From the NCBI RefSeq assembly GCF_004010195.1, contig NC_057718.1:62216981-62264528 (forward strand): DNA of 47,548 nucleotides, in the 5' to 3' direction. The position numbers were made by a program, and so were the translations under genes. Positions 1 to 11,265 of this stretch are shown here, one piece after another (the stretch's first letter is position 1; each line of letters opens with the position of its first letter). Under the pieces are notes generated by a model. The model worked only from the letters and a program-made list of their open reading frames with translations. It was not told where the DNA came from and made no database searches. Source of the DNA: Chiloscyllium plagiosum. Its lineage: Eukaryota.

Positions 1-420
1 GAGTTAGGAGTCTACAACATGCTCCCCTATTTCCTTTAACAGCATTAGATGGAATCTGTCAGGTCATGGGGACTTGTCACTCTTTAATTTCATTAATTTC
101 CCCATTACCAATGTTTTACTTACGTTAAATTAATCTAGTCCCTGATCTCGATAAATTATTAATTTCCTTGGGACTTCTGGCAAGCTATCCTCCTTTTCTA
201 CTGCAAATACTAAGGAAAAGTAATGAGTCAATATGACTCTCATTTCCCAATAGTCTTTGAAAATATCCCCATTGTCAGTCTTCAGTGTGCCAACATTGCT
301 CCTAACCAGCATTTCCCTTTATATAAACTATAAATTTTCTGCTTAGTGATTCTGATGTCCCAGTCAAGTTTCCTTTTGTAATCCCTTTCAGTAGCACTTA
401 AAAACTGCTTTGTGGCCCTT
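1..420 (-). mobile_element. Decayed CR1-type LINE ORF2 fragment
   Basis: ORF 130..312 contains HYFSLVFAVEKE (NEYFASVFT-like). The minus strand near 60-85 reads as a degraded DKSPGPD motif. Confidence 0.75.
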
Positions 421-1281
421 TGCTGCTATTTGTATCCTGGTCATTTAGCACGCTATGAACTGTATTTTATATTTTCATAAGCCATTTTCTTTAGTTTTTT
501 TGCTGCCCCTTCTCTCAGTTTTTCACAAGCTGGTTTCTTCTGTGAAATAGAGCTTTTCTCTCTCTTAGCTTTTTAGAAATCCATGCTGGCTGTCCTTAAT
601 CAAGCTGTTTTTATGTGAATATAAATTTTTTTATACCCTTAAGAAGCTGGATTATAGGTTAATCTGTAGTTAGATGATTGACCTTTTTTCGATTTTTAGA
701 ACAGAGATGTTACATTTGCAATCTGTGCAAACATTCATATCCCAGGATGTTGAAAGATCAAACTCTTGGTTATTTACTCTCTATAGGTCGGTGTTCTACA
801 ATATATACTACCAAGATGTAATTTTTTAAAATTTTTAGTTCCACCATTTATTTCTGAGTTAACTATAGCCAAGGAAGTAAAACTCTGTAATTGCTATACT
901 TTGTCTTGGTTTCTGCAGGAATATGTCAATGGGAATGAAAGTTACAAAAGAACAAATACTTATTTACTATGTCCACAAATTTCTCTCATACAGAAATAAA
1001 TAGGATGTTTGTCTCTTCTACCATTTTATTTTTAATTTGTTTAGAATCCTCTTTACTATTTCCCTTTGGTATTCTTCCACTCTTTCTTCATACTTTGTCT
1101 CAGTCATTTTAATGATTTTTGCTTTGCCTCAATATTTTCAGTAGCCTGCTTAATTTTCCATTGTTTTTAGTCCTTGATTTATCAAGTCTCATGTTAAAGT
1201 TCCTTCTGCATCCAAAGAACTTTGATACAATTCTTTTACTTCTTGTCAAAATATCCTAAGCATTTTCTGACTGAATACTTC

Positions 1282-1302
1282 TGTTTGTTTGTTTGTTTGT
1301 TG
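1282..1302. repeat. (TGTT)n microsatellite, about 5 units
   Basis: tgtttgtttgtttgtttgttg. Confidence 0.9.
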
Positions 1303-2013
1303 ACTACTTAATCTGACAAATTTTCCTTCAAGTTCATTTATTTCCTTGTCTTTTGCATTAACTATATGTCTCATCATCAACACACAGCAATGCCAATGTA
1401 ACGTGTGAAAAGAACAGAGAAAAAGGCTAGTAGTCTAGTCCAAGAGAGAGAATGTCAGCTCAAGCAGACCTGTTAGCCCATTGTTGAATGAGTTAAAATT
1501 AACAATTTCTCCTATTTATAACTTATTATGATAATAGCTGAGGACCAAGGGATTGTCTTTTTTTTTTGGCAGTGACATCTGTCTAAATGTGGTAGAATGG
1601 CTACTCTGTGATTACTCTCCTATTCTTTATATATGTAAATAGAATATACATATATACACATTACTGTAGAACAACAGGATCCTATTTCCTAGCCTGTTAT
1701 CAAATCTTGACTCTCCCACAAATTTTACTTCTGCACTGTCTATCTCACCCCACTTCTACCCAAAGTCTACCTCACCCCACTTCAATACTACCCTTGCGTA
1801 ACATATGTAACAGATCTGAACTGTCTTACTAAACTGATTTCCGTTTACCATGGCCTTATTTCTTAACCCTTTGCCTTCTGCCTCTTTGAGAATGCCAGCT
1901 TCTCCGGTCCTAATTGTTTTCTTTTCAACATAAACACAGAGTCACTGTGCATATCAATTCTTCACCAGGATAGTGTCCAGATGCTTATTACTAGTCTCCA
2001 TCCATCACTATCA

Positions 2014-2170
2014 CAAAAGCAAAATACAGTGGATGCTGATCTGAAATAAAATTACATAATGTTGAGAAGCCCAGCAGGTTAGCCAGAAAGGCCATAGACC
2101 TGAAATATTATTTGTTTCTCTGTCAACGGATGCTGCCAGACATTTTGAATATTTCCAGGACTTTCAATTT
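2014..2170. mobile_element. Degenerate Penelope-type terminal (hairpin) repeat fragment
   Basis: Motifs gatgctg..atctgaaataaaa..cagcagg and gatgctgccagac, shared with fragments at 18320 and 40410. Confidence 0.5.
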
Positions 2171-2395
2171 TGACTCCATCCTACAATGACGTCCTCTGTT
2201 CAGCCGAGAGTCCTCTTACTTTGAATCACTTTCCTTTAATTCCAATTACTATGGGAAATCATATGTACTTCGGCTTTGCGTGTCTTTGTGGAACTTCGTA
2301 ATTCTGCTTCTTTATTTGTGACCTATACACAACCATGAGGCGAACAAACGTTCTCATTCTTTATTGGACACAGCCTGATAACCAGTAACATTGCG

Positions 2396-2403
2396 ATTTG
2401 CAT
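2396..2403 (+). promoter_or_regulatory. Octamer motif ATTTGCAT (POU2F1/POU2F2 site)
   Basis: Perfect octamer about 150 nt upstream of the ATG, 20 nt from a kB site. Confidence 0.6.
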
Positions 2404-2423
2404 TACGGAGTTTCTGCGGAGGG

Positions 2424-2434
2424 GGGAAATTCCC
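2424..2434 (+). promoter_or_regulatory. kB site GGGAAATTCCC
   Basis: Near-palindromic match to the GGGRNWYYCC consensus, about 125 nt upstream of the ATG. Confidence 0.7.
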
Positions 2435-2556
2435 TGCCAAAATTTATTACAATCTCACAGTGACTTTTCCAGTTTTGTCACCAGTTCGTTTAAGAGTGAG
2501 GACATCAGTTACATGTCGGAATAATTCTTTTGGTTATAAAAGCGAGATAAACCGCC

Positions 2557-2563
2557 ATGGATG
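2557..2563 (+). CDS. REL: c-Rel coding exon 1 (ATG GAT G; M-D-G)
   Basis: Strong Kozak context accgccATGG followed by donor G|GTGAGT, inside the CpG-rich region. Phase 1 matches the exon 2 acceptor. Confidence 0.85.
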
Positions 2564-5499
2564 GTGAGTTGTTATTAATCAAATATTGAGATAGGTATGT
2601 TTTGAGCTGATGAAAATAAACCGAAATGCGCCATGAATCCAGATTATTTTCAGATTTCCAGCGTCAGCGCACTTTTTTTTGTGTCAGTGGCAGAGATACG
2701 TTTGGCCATTTCAGAATACTTTTATTTCTGAACCTCTTTTCGTGAGCATAAAAATTCGAAGGGTTACGTTGCTCGTGAGGTTTTTTTAAAAAAAAAATTA
2801 GACGATTTATTCATTTTCAATTTCGAAGTAATCATTCAGATAAAAACCTTTTTCGAGATCACACTGATCCATTGCGTTTGACTTTTTTTTTGCTCTGACA
2901 TTGTTTTGACTTCCGCTCTGGCGTCTGTTTTTGGTCGAGGGAGTTTGTACAAACTTTCAGCGAACGTTGTGAAGCGGCCGGAGGCAGACGGCTCATAGGA
3001 GACCGTCACAAAAGTGAGCCGCCATTAATGCCTTTTAATGTCACAAACAGTAGGTAGAAAGTTGACTTTATTGGTACATTTTTCAGTGTTAAATTTGTGG
3101 GTCGAGGACGTTATTTATCATTCCGATCCCAGGAATCGATAACTGCCCCCACATTTCTGTGGCAGTTCGTGAGAGTATAGTCCTGTTGACTGTAAAGTCG
3201 CTGCATTACTTCCTAACTCAATAAGTTTTCTAATGAAAGTAAAATGTGAATTGAAAGAGACATCTACGTTGCCATCCATAAAAATGTCTGAAACTATAGA
3301 TGAGATATTTGGCGAAACTATCGTGGGCGGTACTGAGAACCAAGCGACCAAAAAACTTCCCTTTAGACCACCAACTTAAATCTGGGGAAAGTGGGCGTAG
3401 CCTTATTCTGAAGAATGAAAGACTACCCAGTAGACATGGGGGCAATCGGTGCAATTTATTGACAGACTGGTTCTCTGTAATGGGACATTCCTAAAGAAGT
3501 TAGTGTTGTGACTATGTATTCATTGAAATAGCATTGATCCCGAGTGCTTATCATTTTAAAGTTACAGAATTCTAGCTGATGGGTCAGTAAAGTTTCATCA
3601 AATCAAAGGGGAAATTATTTTTTAGTTTGCTCCACAAAATGGTGCACTTTCATAGACGTTTCATCGGCTTCTACCAGTCAGCTTGGATTGTATTGACAGT
3701 AGATGCGTGCAGTGCCATTCCCCGAATGAGGGTAGGAAACGGAAGACAGCCATTGACTATTCATTATTTTAAATTAATTGGAACCCGTCTGTTTACATCC
3801 AGCTAGGACTAGTGATCCGTTTCCCAACCACTTCCCTGGCTACATTAGAGGCAACCATTAGTCGGCGCTGAAGTACAGGACATTTGATCTATTTTCCACC
3901 GTCAAAGCAGTGGGGTGGTCGTGATGATAGCAGGTGCCCGAGCGCTGCATTTGACATTCCATACACCCACTGAATTCTAATGTTACTGCTTATCTGAAAT
4001 ATGCTCAGTAAGACAGCCCAGTTCATCTCAGCTCGCAGAGTTAAAGCGAGACTTAGCCTCTGCACTACACTGCTGACTGTTGATATCATACGTCAAATGG
4101 GTTTTGATTCTGTTCTTTGAACTGATGGCTGATGCCTTGACTTGCTGGGCATGGGGTACTAATGTACAAAAAGATGCATTTTCCTTCTGCTCGCAAGGTT
4201 AATTTACTGATAACTGTACAAATGTATACCCTCTTTGGGAATCAGTATTGAGAATAATTTACTTTGTTAAATATTTGTACAGTTTGACATTAGATAACTG
4301 ATAATTTATTTTTAAAATACTTGTGCAGTTACCAATGGATAGCAACTCATGCCCAGTAAAACTAGGAGTCAACAGTAGTTTCTAAGTAAAACTGTGAAAT
4401 ATACCAAGTGAAACCAAATCTGCATGTCACTATCAACAGTGTCATTTTTATGAAGTAAAACTTACTATCAATAACAATGCTCATAGTGACGCGTATTGTC
4501 TGAAAATCATTTACGATTGAGGGAATCGAGTCTATAGCGAGTCTGACATTATCTGCTGACTTTCTGCTTAAGCTACTGCATCTCACTGTGTAACTTAATA
4601 TTTGGTCCACTATATAACTTCTAACATTGTTTGTCATTTTACTCCTTAAGATATGTTGAAAATTTCACTGAACGGGCGAATAGAAGAGCAAGCCACTCTG
4701 TTTGCTTGAGTGGTCTGCACAAAATAACATTCTTTAACTATGACTAAAAAGTAGTCTTTTGTTTTAAAGGATGAAATTTTGTAGAGGCCAGATATAACCA
4801 ACCAGCTGTTTTTGTAAAATGTTTTTCTAACTTGATCAATTATTGAATATTCAAATATATTACACAACCACAATGTGATGATCTTGCTGAATAGGTTGAG
4901 TTCAGTTTGTGAAAAAGAATCTACAAAGTTATATTTCCAGTGTATGTAAAATACCTTTTATTAAAAAATGGCGTGAGGGAAATTATTTTTGTTTTTAGTG
5001 GGTGCAGTTAGCAGGACCTGCTTCACTTCTGGTTCAATGCACGCCCACCATTAAGTTGTGGGTGTAACTTAAATGACCTTTACTTTTATACATGTGTAGT
5101 TTCCTGGTGACCTCGTCGGAGGGCAACACCAACTCTCAGTTTAGGTCTTCAATACCTTCATCTAACCGCACATTTTAATTTGCTTACATAGAAATATTTT
5201 CACATTTGAGAAAATCTAATCTTAACTCAGCCATATTAGGAACTGCTTGCTTTTCTTAAGTAGGGAGTTTTTTTTAACTTAATTGATAAATAAGCAATGC
5301 TTACTTATGGAATCCTAATTTTACAGTGCAAAGTCACCTGCCTGCTATGTCAAGGCTTGCCCTTCAAGGTAAGAGACTTCTCTACATTTTCATCTAGACA
5401 CCTTTATCTCTATGTTGTCCATCAATTTGTGTGACTGATGTGTTACAGTGCACTTTACTGTCATTGCATGTTGCTTTAATTGTTTTATTTAAATTTTAG

Positions 5500-5636
5500 G
5501 GGAACCTTATGTCGAAATTGTTGAGCAGCCCAAGCAACGTGGTATGCGTTTCCGATATAAGTGTGAAGGACGATCAGCTGGCAGCATTCCTGGGAAGAAC
5601 AGCACAGATAACAATAGAACATACCCTTCAATACAG
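5500..5636 (+). CDS. REL: c-Rel coding exon 2 (DNA-recognition loop)
   Basis: ttttag| acceptor, |gtataa donor. Encodes [45 protein letters not shown], with the RxxRxRxxC NF-kB signature. Confidence 0.97.
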
Positions 5637-6596
5637 GTATAATATTATAAATAAGTGGAGGTTTTAAGCTTTCTGTGAAAGTACATTTAATTTCTTGCAA
5701 AATCCTTTTGAAGTGATGTAAAAACAGCATGTAAATATCAATGAGAATGAAAGTTTTTCTTTAATGCAAAAGAAAATCCTGTTTCTATGTCACAAGATTT
5801 CAGAAGTTTTGTGAACAGTTTCCTCTTAATCAATTTTTAATCAAAAAGCATGAATGAAGTAGCTCTCAACAAAAGAAGTGTCTTTTACTCTGTGATGCAG
5901 AACATGGTACTTTACTGCTGTGTAATTTGCTTTTAAGTAGAATAACCCGTAAATCACAATAATCTGTATCGAACATCTTGCTGGATGTCTCTGCCTAATT
6001 CAGTTGGGAATAGGAACTCATTATTACAGACAGGTTTCACTCAGTTTGGACATAATGCCCTATATAATTATGATGAGCTATACAATCACACCCTTTATTG
6101 ATTGCGGTAATTCATCTGCTTGTCAAAAGCAACACTTAATATGTTGGGGAAATAAATGAACTTATCATAATTATTTGTTTATTATTATGAATTTGAAAGA
6201 AAAACATAATGAAACAACTAAGATGCCAAAATTATCATCACTTGGTGTTCCCAATGAGCTTAACCCAAGTGATGCACTTGGTTTTCAGCAACACCTCTTT
6301 AATCCATTCAGTGCACTCTGAAATCTCTCACTGTTCTTGATGCCTTGCTCAGTTTCTTGCTACTTTTGGTAATTAATTTAGAGCCAGTCTCCTCCAGGTT
6401 AGCTTTGAGATAATATACTTTTAAATTGGATGTGAATGAAATTGTAGATAGCTGGTAGGTTATAACCAATTAAAAATGAACACATTTGTCTTTGAGAAAC
6501 CATAATCATCTCAGAGCCAGACCTCTTAACATTATATTCACAATACAGGCATGTATATGCAAATGTTTCTACTTTAATAAAATTAAACTGTTATAT

Positions 6597-6882
6597 GATT
6601 AGATTCCCTATGCCCAACAAGTCCACACCGACCATCCAAAGAGTAACCCACCTAGACCCATTCACCTACCCTATATTTACCTCTGACTAATGCATCTAAC
6701 AATTTAGCATGGCCAATTCACCTAGCCTGCATATCTTTGGATTGTGGGAGGAAACCGGAGCACCCAGAGGAAACCCATGCAGACACAGGGAGAATGTGAA
6801 AACTCCACACAGTCGCCCAAGACGGGAATCAAACTGTGGTTCCTGGCACTGTGAGGCAGTGTGCTAAGTACTGTGCTGCCCA
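6597..6882 (-). mobile_element. tRNA-derived V-SINE (HE1-like)
   Basis: Minus strand has a tRNA-like head, then the V-domain tgtgtggagttttcacattctccctgtgtctgcatgggtttcctctgggtgctccggtttcctcccacaatccaaaga. Confidence 0.88.
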
Positions 6883-7289
6883 TGTTATGTTAAACTTTGT
6901 AACAAATCTATCAAAATTAACATTGAATTTCAAGGAAGTAGGGTATACCAATTATTTTTTCCCAGCTGTGTCAGCATTCAAAGGAGAAAAAAGTATTTCA
7001 GAATCAGACTAAACTCTACCCTCTCCAGGAATGGACAACATTCCAGTATATCAGCTGTGCTCATGTTACTCTCTCTGTACCATGTTTTCCCTCATATAGT
7101 ACCATTTATATGAATGGGTCTGTTTACCAGATAGAGATCTTTTGAGTTAGATTTAGCAAGCTTGAGTAATGAAAAGACAATATTTAAACAAAATGCTGTG
7201 TACTTAGTAAATTTGTTTACATATTTTTAAAGTTTGCTTCCTTTTTATAACGACTTAGTTCTGATCTGTGTGTTCTTTTAACCATGCAG

Positions 7290-7438
7290 GTTGCTAACTA
7301 TTTTGGAAGAGGGAGAGTTTTAGTCACTTTAGTTACAAAAATGGAACCCTTCAAGCCCCATCCACATGACTTGGTTGGGAAAGACTGTAAAGATGGGTTC
7401 TATGAAGCTGATTTTGGCCCAGATCGTAGAATTATTTG
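7290..7438 (+). CDS. REL: c-Rel coding exon 3
   Basis: tgcag| acceptor, |gtaggt donor, 149 nt. Encodes [49 protein letters not shown](C). Confidence 0.97.
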
Positions 7439-7584
7439 GTAGGTATTCAAGTTTAAGCTGACACATTTCATTTCTGTGTCATTTTGTTTTAAAAGTGAAA
7501 TATACATAGACATTGGTTTGATTTTTGCTTCATGGCTTGGTGCTCTACTCAATTAGTTGAGGCATCATATTTTAGGTTGCCATC

Positions 7585-8050
7585 AACAGCAAAACAACTT
7601 GCATTTAAGTAGCACATTTAATGTAGTAAAATGTGTAACCAAACAAAAAAAATAACAGTGCCACATAAAGGAGAAATTAGGGCAGGTGATAAAAAGTTCA
7701 GTGATAAAAGATTAATGTTTTGGTAATGAAAACACAGAGGTTTGGGGAGGGAATTCCAGAGTTTAGCATCTAAACAGCTGAAGATAATGGGGTGGACAAA
7801 GTGGAGGGATACATAAGAGGCCAGAGTTTGAAGAATGAAAATTTCTCAAGGTCTTGGGAGAAGTTACAGAATTAAAGGAATGAGGCCGTGGAAGGATTTG
7901 AACACAAAGGTGAGAAGTTTTAAAGTAAGTAGCTGTTAGACTAAGTAAATGGAATGTAAGATAGTGCAGTTTTGACAGTTAAGTTCATGGAGATGGAGGA
8001 TAGAAAACTAGAGGCCACAAGTGAAATCTGAAGGTATTAAAAGCATTGAT
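7585..8050 (-). mobile_element. Old L2-type LINE 3' fragment
   Basis: Starts with aacaacttgcatttaagtagcacatttaatg (antisense L2-type tail); also has gggagggaattccagagttt and ggaaggatttgaacacaa motifs. Confidence 0.6.
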
Positions 8051-8089
8051 GGGAGCAAATATTAGTCAACCGATAAATTTGTCGAATAT

Positions 8090-10172
8090 CAAATAGTGTT
8101 AAAGGTTTAGATGGAGAGGAATTTGTTAAGTGAGTACAAGACAATTTTCTGATTCAGTATGTGGATATACATACTAGAGAAGATGCAAAACTTGGCCTAC
8201 TATTGAGAAATAAGGCAGGGCAGATGACTGAGTTGTCAGTGGGGGAGCACTTTGGGGCCCAGCAACCATAATTCTTTTAGTTTTAAAACAGTGATGAAAA
8301 AGGATAGATCAGATCTAAAAGTTGAAGTTTTAAATTGGAGAAAGGCAAATTTTGACGGTATTAGGCAAGAACTTTCGAAAGCTGATTGGAGGCAGATGTT
8401 TGCAGGTAAAGCGACGGCTAGAAAATGGGAAGCCTTCAGACATAACAAGAATCCAGAGAAAGTATATTCCTATCGGGGTGAAAGGAAAGGCTGGTAGGTG
8501 TAGAGAATGCTGGATGACTAAAGCAATTGAGGGTTTGGTTAAGAAAAAGAAGGAAGCATATGTAAGGTATAGACAGGATAGATCGAGTGAATCCTTCGAA
8601 GAGTATGAAGGCAATAGGAGTATACTTAAGAGGGAAATCAGGAGGGCAAAACGGGGACATGAGATAGCTTTGGCAAATAGAATTAAGGAGAATCCAAAGG
8701 GTTTTTACAAATACGTTAAGGATAAAAGGGTAAACTAGGGAGTGAATAGGGCCCCTCAAAGATCAGCAAGGCGGCCTTTGTGTGGAGCTGCAGAAAATGG
8801 GTGAGATACTAAATGAATATTTTGCATGAGTATATACTGTGGAAAAGGATATGAAAGATATAGACTGTAGGGAAATAGATGGTGACATCTTGCAAAATGT
8901 CCAGATTACTGAGGAGGAAGTGCTGGATGTCTCGAAATGGGTAAAGGTGGATAAATCCCCAGGACCTGATCAGGTGTACCTGAGAACTCTGTGGGAAGCT
9001 AGAGAAGTGATTGCTGGGCCACTTGCTGAGATATTTGTATCATCAATAGTCGCAGGTGAGGTGCAGGAAGACTGGAGGTTGACGGTAAGGACAAGCCAGT
9101 GAACTATAGAACGGTGAGCCTGACCTCGGTGATGGGCAAGTTGTTGGAGGGAATCCTGAGTGACAGGATGTACATGTATTTGGAAAGGCAAGGACTGATT
9201 AGGGATAGTCAACATGGCTTTGTGCATGGGAAATCATGTCTCACAAACTTAATTGAATTTTTTGAAGAAGTAACAAAGAATATTGATGAGGGCAGAGTAG
9301 TAGATGTGATCTACATGGACTTCAGTAAGGCGTTCGATAAGGTTCCCCATGGGAGACTGGTTAGCAAGGTTAGATCTCATGGAATACAGGGAGAATTAGT
9401 CATTTGGATACAAAACTGGCTCAAAGGTAGAAGACAGAGGAGGCCTGTGACCAATGGAGTGCCACAAGGATCGGTGCTGCGTCCTCTACTTTTTGTAGTT
9501 AGTAAGTTTGCAGATGACACCAAAATTGGAGGTGTAGTGGACAGCGAAGAGGGGTTACCTCCGATTACAACAGGGTGTGGACCAGATGGGCCAATGGGCT
9601 GAGAAGTGGCAGATGGAGTTTAATTCAGATAAATGCGAGNNNNNNNNNNNNNNNNNNCTCCTTCCTATCGGAAAGATGTTGTGAAACTTGAAAGGGTTCA
9701 GAAAAGATTTACAAGGATGTTGTCACGGTTGGAGGATTTGAGCTATAGGGAGAGGCTGAACAGGCTGGGGCTGTTTTCCCTGGAGTGTCGGAGGCTGAGG
9801 GATGACCTTTATCGAGATTTACAAAGTTATGAGGGGCATGGATAGGGTAAGTAGGCAAAGTCTTTTCCCTGGGGTCAGGGAGCCCAGAACTAGAGGGCAT
9901 AGGTTTAGGGTGAGAGGGGAAAGATATAATAGAGACCTAAGGGGCAGAGGGTGGTATGTGTATGGAATGAGCTGCCAGAGAATTGGTGGAGGCTGGTACA
10001 ATTGCAACATTTAAGAGGCATTTGGATAGGTATATGAATAGGAAGGGTTTGGAGGGATATGGGCTGGGTGCTGGCAGGTGGGACTAGATTGGGTTAGGAT
10101 ATTTGGTCGGCATGGATGGGTTGGACGGAAGGGTCTGTTTCCGTGCTGTACATCTCTATGATTCTATCTATG
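8090..10172 (+). mobile_element. Young 5'-truncated CR1 LINE (RT region + 3' tail), frameshifted, with internal deletions
   Basis: ORFs give DKSPGPD, NYRTVSLTS, QHGF, YMDFSKAFDKVPH, GVPQGSVL, KFADDTK. Ends in tctatgattctatctatg. Confidence 0.95.
9640..9657. other. Assembly gap (18 N)
   Basis: Run of N inside the CR1 copy. Confidence 0.99.
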
Positions 10173-10252
10173 TACCATATCTCTTTAATACTATTTGTTA
10201 TTTAGTGAAGCAAAATTCTAATAATACTTATAAAGTCATAGAGATAAAGTCA

Positions 10253-10450
10253 AAAAGATTTGCTTATTTGCCCTACCCACGCCCCTCATGATTTTGTAAA
10301 CCTCCATAAGGTCACCCCCTCAGCCTCTGATGCTCCATGGAAACGGCCCCAGCCTATTCAGCCTCTCCCCATAACTCAAACCCTCCAACCCTGGCAACAT
10401 CCTCGTAAATGTTTTCTGAACCCTTTCAAGTTTCACAGCATCCTACCTCC
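10253..10450 (-). mobile_element. CR1 internal fragment, inverted relative to the adjacent copy
   Basis: Its reverse complement matches 9669-9865 (gtgaaacttgaaagggttcagaaaa...). Confidence 0.9.
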
Positions 10451-10894
10451 ACAATAAATTATTTTGCCTTATTGTGGTTATGGGGGATATTTAGCCTAAG
10501 TATCTGCTACAGGTTGATAGTTAAAGCCCTTGAAAATCTCAGTGCAAGCATAACATGATATGAAATAAATAGTGTAAGATTTTAAAGTAGGAAACGTGAC
10601 TGTGAGTTAACTTTAACATTGTCTATCAGTGATGGGTTGTCTGGATTTAATTTGATGTACTTCGCTTGTTTTCCTTTGACCAGTTAATATCAGCATTGAT
10701 ATTTCAATTTTTTGTTCATGGGAAGATGTTTAGCATATTGTCCTTTTGGATCTCGTTTCTTGATTTAAAACCTCCCAAACTAATTGACAAGAAGGTTTCT
10801 TTCTGGACATTAGAGTTCTTTTTAGAAAAGGGGCAGTCTCAACCCACTTCTCAGCATTATCCACTGGTTCCAGTTTGGCGTTATTGTTAACTAT

Positions 10895-11265
10895 GACTTA
10901 GTAGTAAGCTCCCTACTGAATCAGTAGCTTCTAGGTTCAAACTTCACTCCAGAGATTTCAACACTTAATGCTAAACTGTTATCAGTACTGTACTTGGAGT
11001 GTGTTGTGATGTCATGTCCCATCTTCCACTTGAATGCTTATTTTGAAAGTCTTGTCTCTTAATGGATGTTAATTTTAAAAAAGTGGAATTGTGTGGGTAT
11101 CCCAATCAACATTTATCCTCGAATGCAGTCCTAAAACAGATTATTTATTAATTTATTGCACTGCTTTTTCTTCAAGATTTTCTATACTTGCCAGATTCTA
11201 ATGGTCACTCTTTTTCAAGTGTGCTTCATTGTCCCAAAACATTCTAGCCACTCTTGAGGTTGCAA
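10895..11265 (+). mobile_element. Old tRNA-derived SINE (DeuSINE/SacSINE1-like) with L2-type tail
   Basis: B-box-like ggttcaaac followed by cactccagaga; central caacatttatcctc..aaaacagattatt; tail ending cttgaggttg. Confidence 0.5.

Larger units (their letters stand above)
2200..3900 (+). promoter_or_regulatory. CpG-rich promoter / first exon / proximal intron 1 region of REL
   Basis: About 15 CpGs in 2881-3180 versus 1 in 30001-30300 (hand count). Surrounds the start codon. Inverted CCAAT at 2363-2367. Edges approximate. Confidence 0.75.

Noticed and set aside
1745..1783. Direct repeat ctcaccccacttc x2
   Set aside because: A single short local duplication, not an array; no CRISPR-like repeat-spacer structure anywhere in the window.
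2535..2541. TATAAAA as the TATA box
   Set aside because: Only 15 nt before the ATG; initiation 25-30 nt downstream would fall past the start codon.
7439..7446. Tandem donor GTAG-GT after exon 3
   Set aside because: Use of the second GT shifts the frame by 4 nt; a common motif with no evidence of use.
9640..9657. Apparent large deletion in the CR1 at the N run
   Set aside because: Coincides with an assembly gap, so the missing sequence is probably unassembled.
8236..10014. Cluster of RT-like ORFs as a functional reverse-transcriptase system
   Set aside because: Fragments of one frameshifted, deleted, 5'-truncated CR1 ORF2. The same holds for 24.3-28.7 kb and 45.7-47.5 kb. No intact element.
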